64,000 bases of DNA from Hemiscyllium ocellatum (Eukaryota): positions 49,617,776-49,681,775 of the forward strand of contig NC_083418.1 in the NCBI RefSeq assembly GCF_020745735.1, written 5' to 3'. Made by a program: the position numbers and the translations under genes. The notes beneath the pieces are model-generated. The model made no database searches, was not told the DNA's origin, and saw only the letters and a program-made list of their open reading frames with translations. Shown piece after piece: positions 61,600 through 64,000 of this stretch (the stretch's first letter is position 1; each line of letters begins with the position of its first letter).

Positions 61600-62727
61600 C
61601 AGGGATATGGGAAGCAATTGGGTTTGGGATCCACTTTCACTAAATTCCTGTTCCAGTTCCTCTAAGTCGAAAGTGTATCAGAAAAGCTTGTCACACCTCT
61701 CTCCACATCACTCCAGGAAATAGATATTCACTCTTTCGTGGCTGACTCTAGAGTTTTCCTCCACCCTTAACTAACCTAACTTAAAATTTTACTGTTCCTT
61801 TGTCTCACTTTTCAAAACAGCTGGTTTGTGCCAAGTTACTGGTCAACTGCCTATTTTCTCGTTTATGCTGTTGGATCTTTACTTTGGGTTTGTACCAGAC
61901 TGGTATAGGTGGATGCAGTAAACGTTTACCAAGTATGATGGAGGGGCGCCTGGGTCAGGATTATAATTGTATTCCTTACCCTGAACTAAATAACATGCAG
62001 CTTCACCCTTAACCAATCCCAAATCAGAATAGTCCCTTTCATTCCCAAGTCCTTATATGGGTTCCAAAGCACAAAGAAGACCTCTCTGGCTGGATAACTA
62101 TGGCTTCAAGGCATCAATCTCCAGTTGGCATTTTAAATGATCACATTCTGTACTTGTTGTTCAAGCTGTGCTTGGTGAAGGACTTCAAGTGCTGCCTGGA
62201 GATCTTTACATTTACTTTCCAGTTCCTGATTCTTAATTTCTCACTCCTGAATTTATCTCTGTCTTCTCAGTATTTCTGTTCATGTCTCCAATTGACTTTG
62301 ATTATTTGAGATGTAAACTATCTTCTTCTTACTGGCAGTCTCTATGGATTTTAACCTTTGCCTTTAATTCTATGTTTTCCAACTTGAAGATAACCCTTTT
62401 ATGACTGAAACTGCTCGGGCATCAAGATTCTGTTTTAGTTCTGCATTTTCTGACTATAATTCTTCAATTTCTGACTTCAACTCCCTTATCTCAACATTTC
62501 TCTGCTTTAACACATATTTCATATACCAACTTTCTTCAAAAAGACAACAATTTCCTGTCAGCCCATCCTGTTTGGGTGTGTTTCCCCACAGACTTCCTGA
62601 TTTACAAATAATCCAGTGCCCTTGGATTTGTAATATCCCAAGATTCCAAACACTCTTATCACTTTGGAAATTTCTTATTCAAATATTCTTTAATCAAGCT
62701 CTCCCATTCAGATTGACTGTTTGCCAT
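61600..62727 (-). pseudogene. gag-like remnant with long coiled coil
   Basis: ATG 62727 MANSQSEWESLIKEYLNKKFPK; ..KQRNVEIRELKSEIEEL*SENAELKQNL..; ..NQELESKCKDLQAALEVLHQAQLEQQ. Many stops. Confidence 0.6.
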
Positions 62728-62940
62728 GATTTCAAAGCTAAGTTCAAAAGCTCAACTCAGTAATGTAAAAGCTTAAGTGTTCCAATTAAATCTGAAAATT
62801 TGTTGCGTCTGTCCTCATCCACCCAATTGGATTCTGGCCATCACGTGAGGCCTCTGCCCTCTCAATCCAGGTCAGGCAGGACTTCTGACAATACAGGATG
62901 GTAGGTTCAACTTTGGAGCAACTTAGTCACTTCTTATCAA

Positions 62941-62959
62941 AGCCTTCCCAGGGACACCA
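62941..62959 (-). other. Primer-binding site, tRNA-Asn-like
   Basis: TGGTGTCCCTGGGAAGGCT versus the complement of the vertebrate tRNA-Asn 3' end (recalled) TGGCGTCCCTGGGTGGGCT, 16/19; 2 nt after the LTR CA. Confidence 0.78.
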
Positions 62960-62961
62960 AC

Positions 62962-63687
62962 TGCTGTGGGTAAATCACCATAAGTTACCTTTAATTTGGT
63001 AACTTATTAAGAAATCTCCCAGATAACCAAGTACTGAAGCAATGATTTAAACTTTATTGCATGTAGCAGACAAAATAAGATCCCTCAAGTAAGCAAGTTA
63101 AGCCTCACAACCCAACTTGGCTGTTACCAAATTTATGGTGGAACCGGACCATGATTCCACATGTATTTCTCTGGAAGTGTCTAAGCTTTGATCCTTGTGC
63201 CATGCCCTTCTCCAAAGTTCTGGTAAAGTGGGAGTTCTGGTGTTCAATTCTTAGACAGAGTTTCATCCTTCAAGTCTATGTGTGATGTTATTAATAATTT
63301 TTAAAAGTCCTTTCTAAATTGTTGCAAGCCTGCAGCTCGCCTTCTTATCAGAAGGAGCTTATTTGTTCCTTGAGTGTCTGTTTGAAGACACAGCTTTCCT
63401 GCAGTTAAACCCCTAAATTCTTTTGCAGGGCAATCACTTATCCTTGTGGCATTAAGTAGCCAGTTCTCAAGCAGATGTCAAAGCAATTTTATTCATGTAG
63501 TTTCAACTCCCTCTTTTCCCAGACCTGGCTAATTGTTTTCAATTCCTGCATAAAGTTTGTGCTGGTCTTTGATAGTTTATTCCAGACTATTAAAGAGTTA
63601 TTGCTGCTTTCCATGTTGAACAGTTTGTTTTGTTGATTTGTTCAATCAATGAGCAGTTATCAAAGTTGTAGAATTCATAATATCACA
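62962..63687 (-). repeat. 5' LTR of the ERV
   Basis: Minus-strand TGTGATATT...CCCACAGCA, homologous to 58350-59060. Confidence 0.9.
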
Positions 63688-63960
63688 TCTTGGTGAAGGA
63701 GTCAATGACCGGGGGTATAGACTTAAAAAGTATGTCAGGTCTTTTTGTAACCAGAGGTGGAAATCAGGAACTATTTGCCTGTGAGAGTGGTAGATGCAGA
63801 AGTATAAGGAATATTTAGATGTGCACTTGTAATGCCAAGGTGTGCAAGGATAAGGTCGAATTGTTGGACAATGAGATTAGAATAGTAAGGTGGTTGTTTT
63901 TGACTGTCATAGACTTGATGTGCTATGGTTTCATTTCTGTGCTGTTCACCTCCGTAACTG
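63688..63960 (+). mobile_element. CR1 3' fragment, right half
   Basis: GGAGTCAATGACCGGGGGTATAGACTTAA...CCTGTGAGAGTGGTAGATGCAG, followed by a CR1 3' UTR. Confidence 0.78.
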
Positions 63961-64000
63961 TTTCTCCTGACTGATAAGTCTAAAACCAGGGGAAATAATC

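Larger units (their letters stand above)
58350..63687 (-). mobile_element. Endogenous retrovirus-like element (LTR-gag-[pol deleted]-env-LTR), 5.3 kb
   Basis: Two ~710-725-bp direct LTRs with TG...CA ends on the minus strand, PBS, PPT, 4-bp TSD CCTT/TCTT (58346-58349, 63688-63691), degraded gag and env frames. Confidence 0.88.

Noticed and set aside
61600-62727. ERV gag as the source of a gag-derived B7-H6 tail, as described for human NCR3LG1
   Set aside because: It is antisense to the gene, lies in intron 2 before the IgC/TM exons, and is full of stops.

Overview
Eukaryotic, repeat-dense vertebrate DNA. HE1-type SINEs plus CR1, L2, L1 and Penelope families point to a shark (inference; possibly a bamboo shark, Chiloscyllium). 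It is not prokaryotic: no CRISPR array, rRNA or true tRNA genes were seen. Gene content on the + strand: (1) an unidentified gene present only as an array of symmetric phase-1/1 exons, six 129-nt acidic 'R' exons and two 63-72-nt 'S' exons, amplified by layered intragenic duplications including a recent ~19.6-kb tandem duplication (1-8926 is near-identical to 19607-28552); (2) the first two coding exons (signal peptide, IgV) of an NCR3LG1/B7-H6-like gene at 57.1-58.1 kb. Intron 2 of that gene holds an antisense, pol-deleted endogenous retrovirus-like element: two LTRs, a tRNA-Asn-like PBS, a PPT, a 4-bp TSD, a coiled-coil gag remnant and a non-gamma-type env remnant, which I suggest is lokiretrovirus-like. 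Also present: fold-back Penelope insertions with 11-16-bp TSDs and hammerhead-ribozyme-like cores (one is a ~680-bp spacer-less palindrome), a full-length but dead L1, a Harbinger remnant, a probable solo LTR and a ~126-bp archease (ZBTB8OS) fragment. Everything was read by eye. Exon, TSD, LTR and PBS coordinates were counted base by base; edges of degraded repeats are approximate (about +/-50-100 bp) and percent identities are visual estimates.
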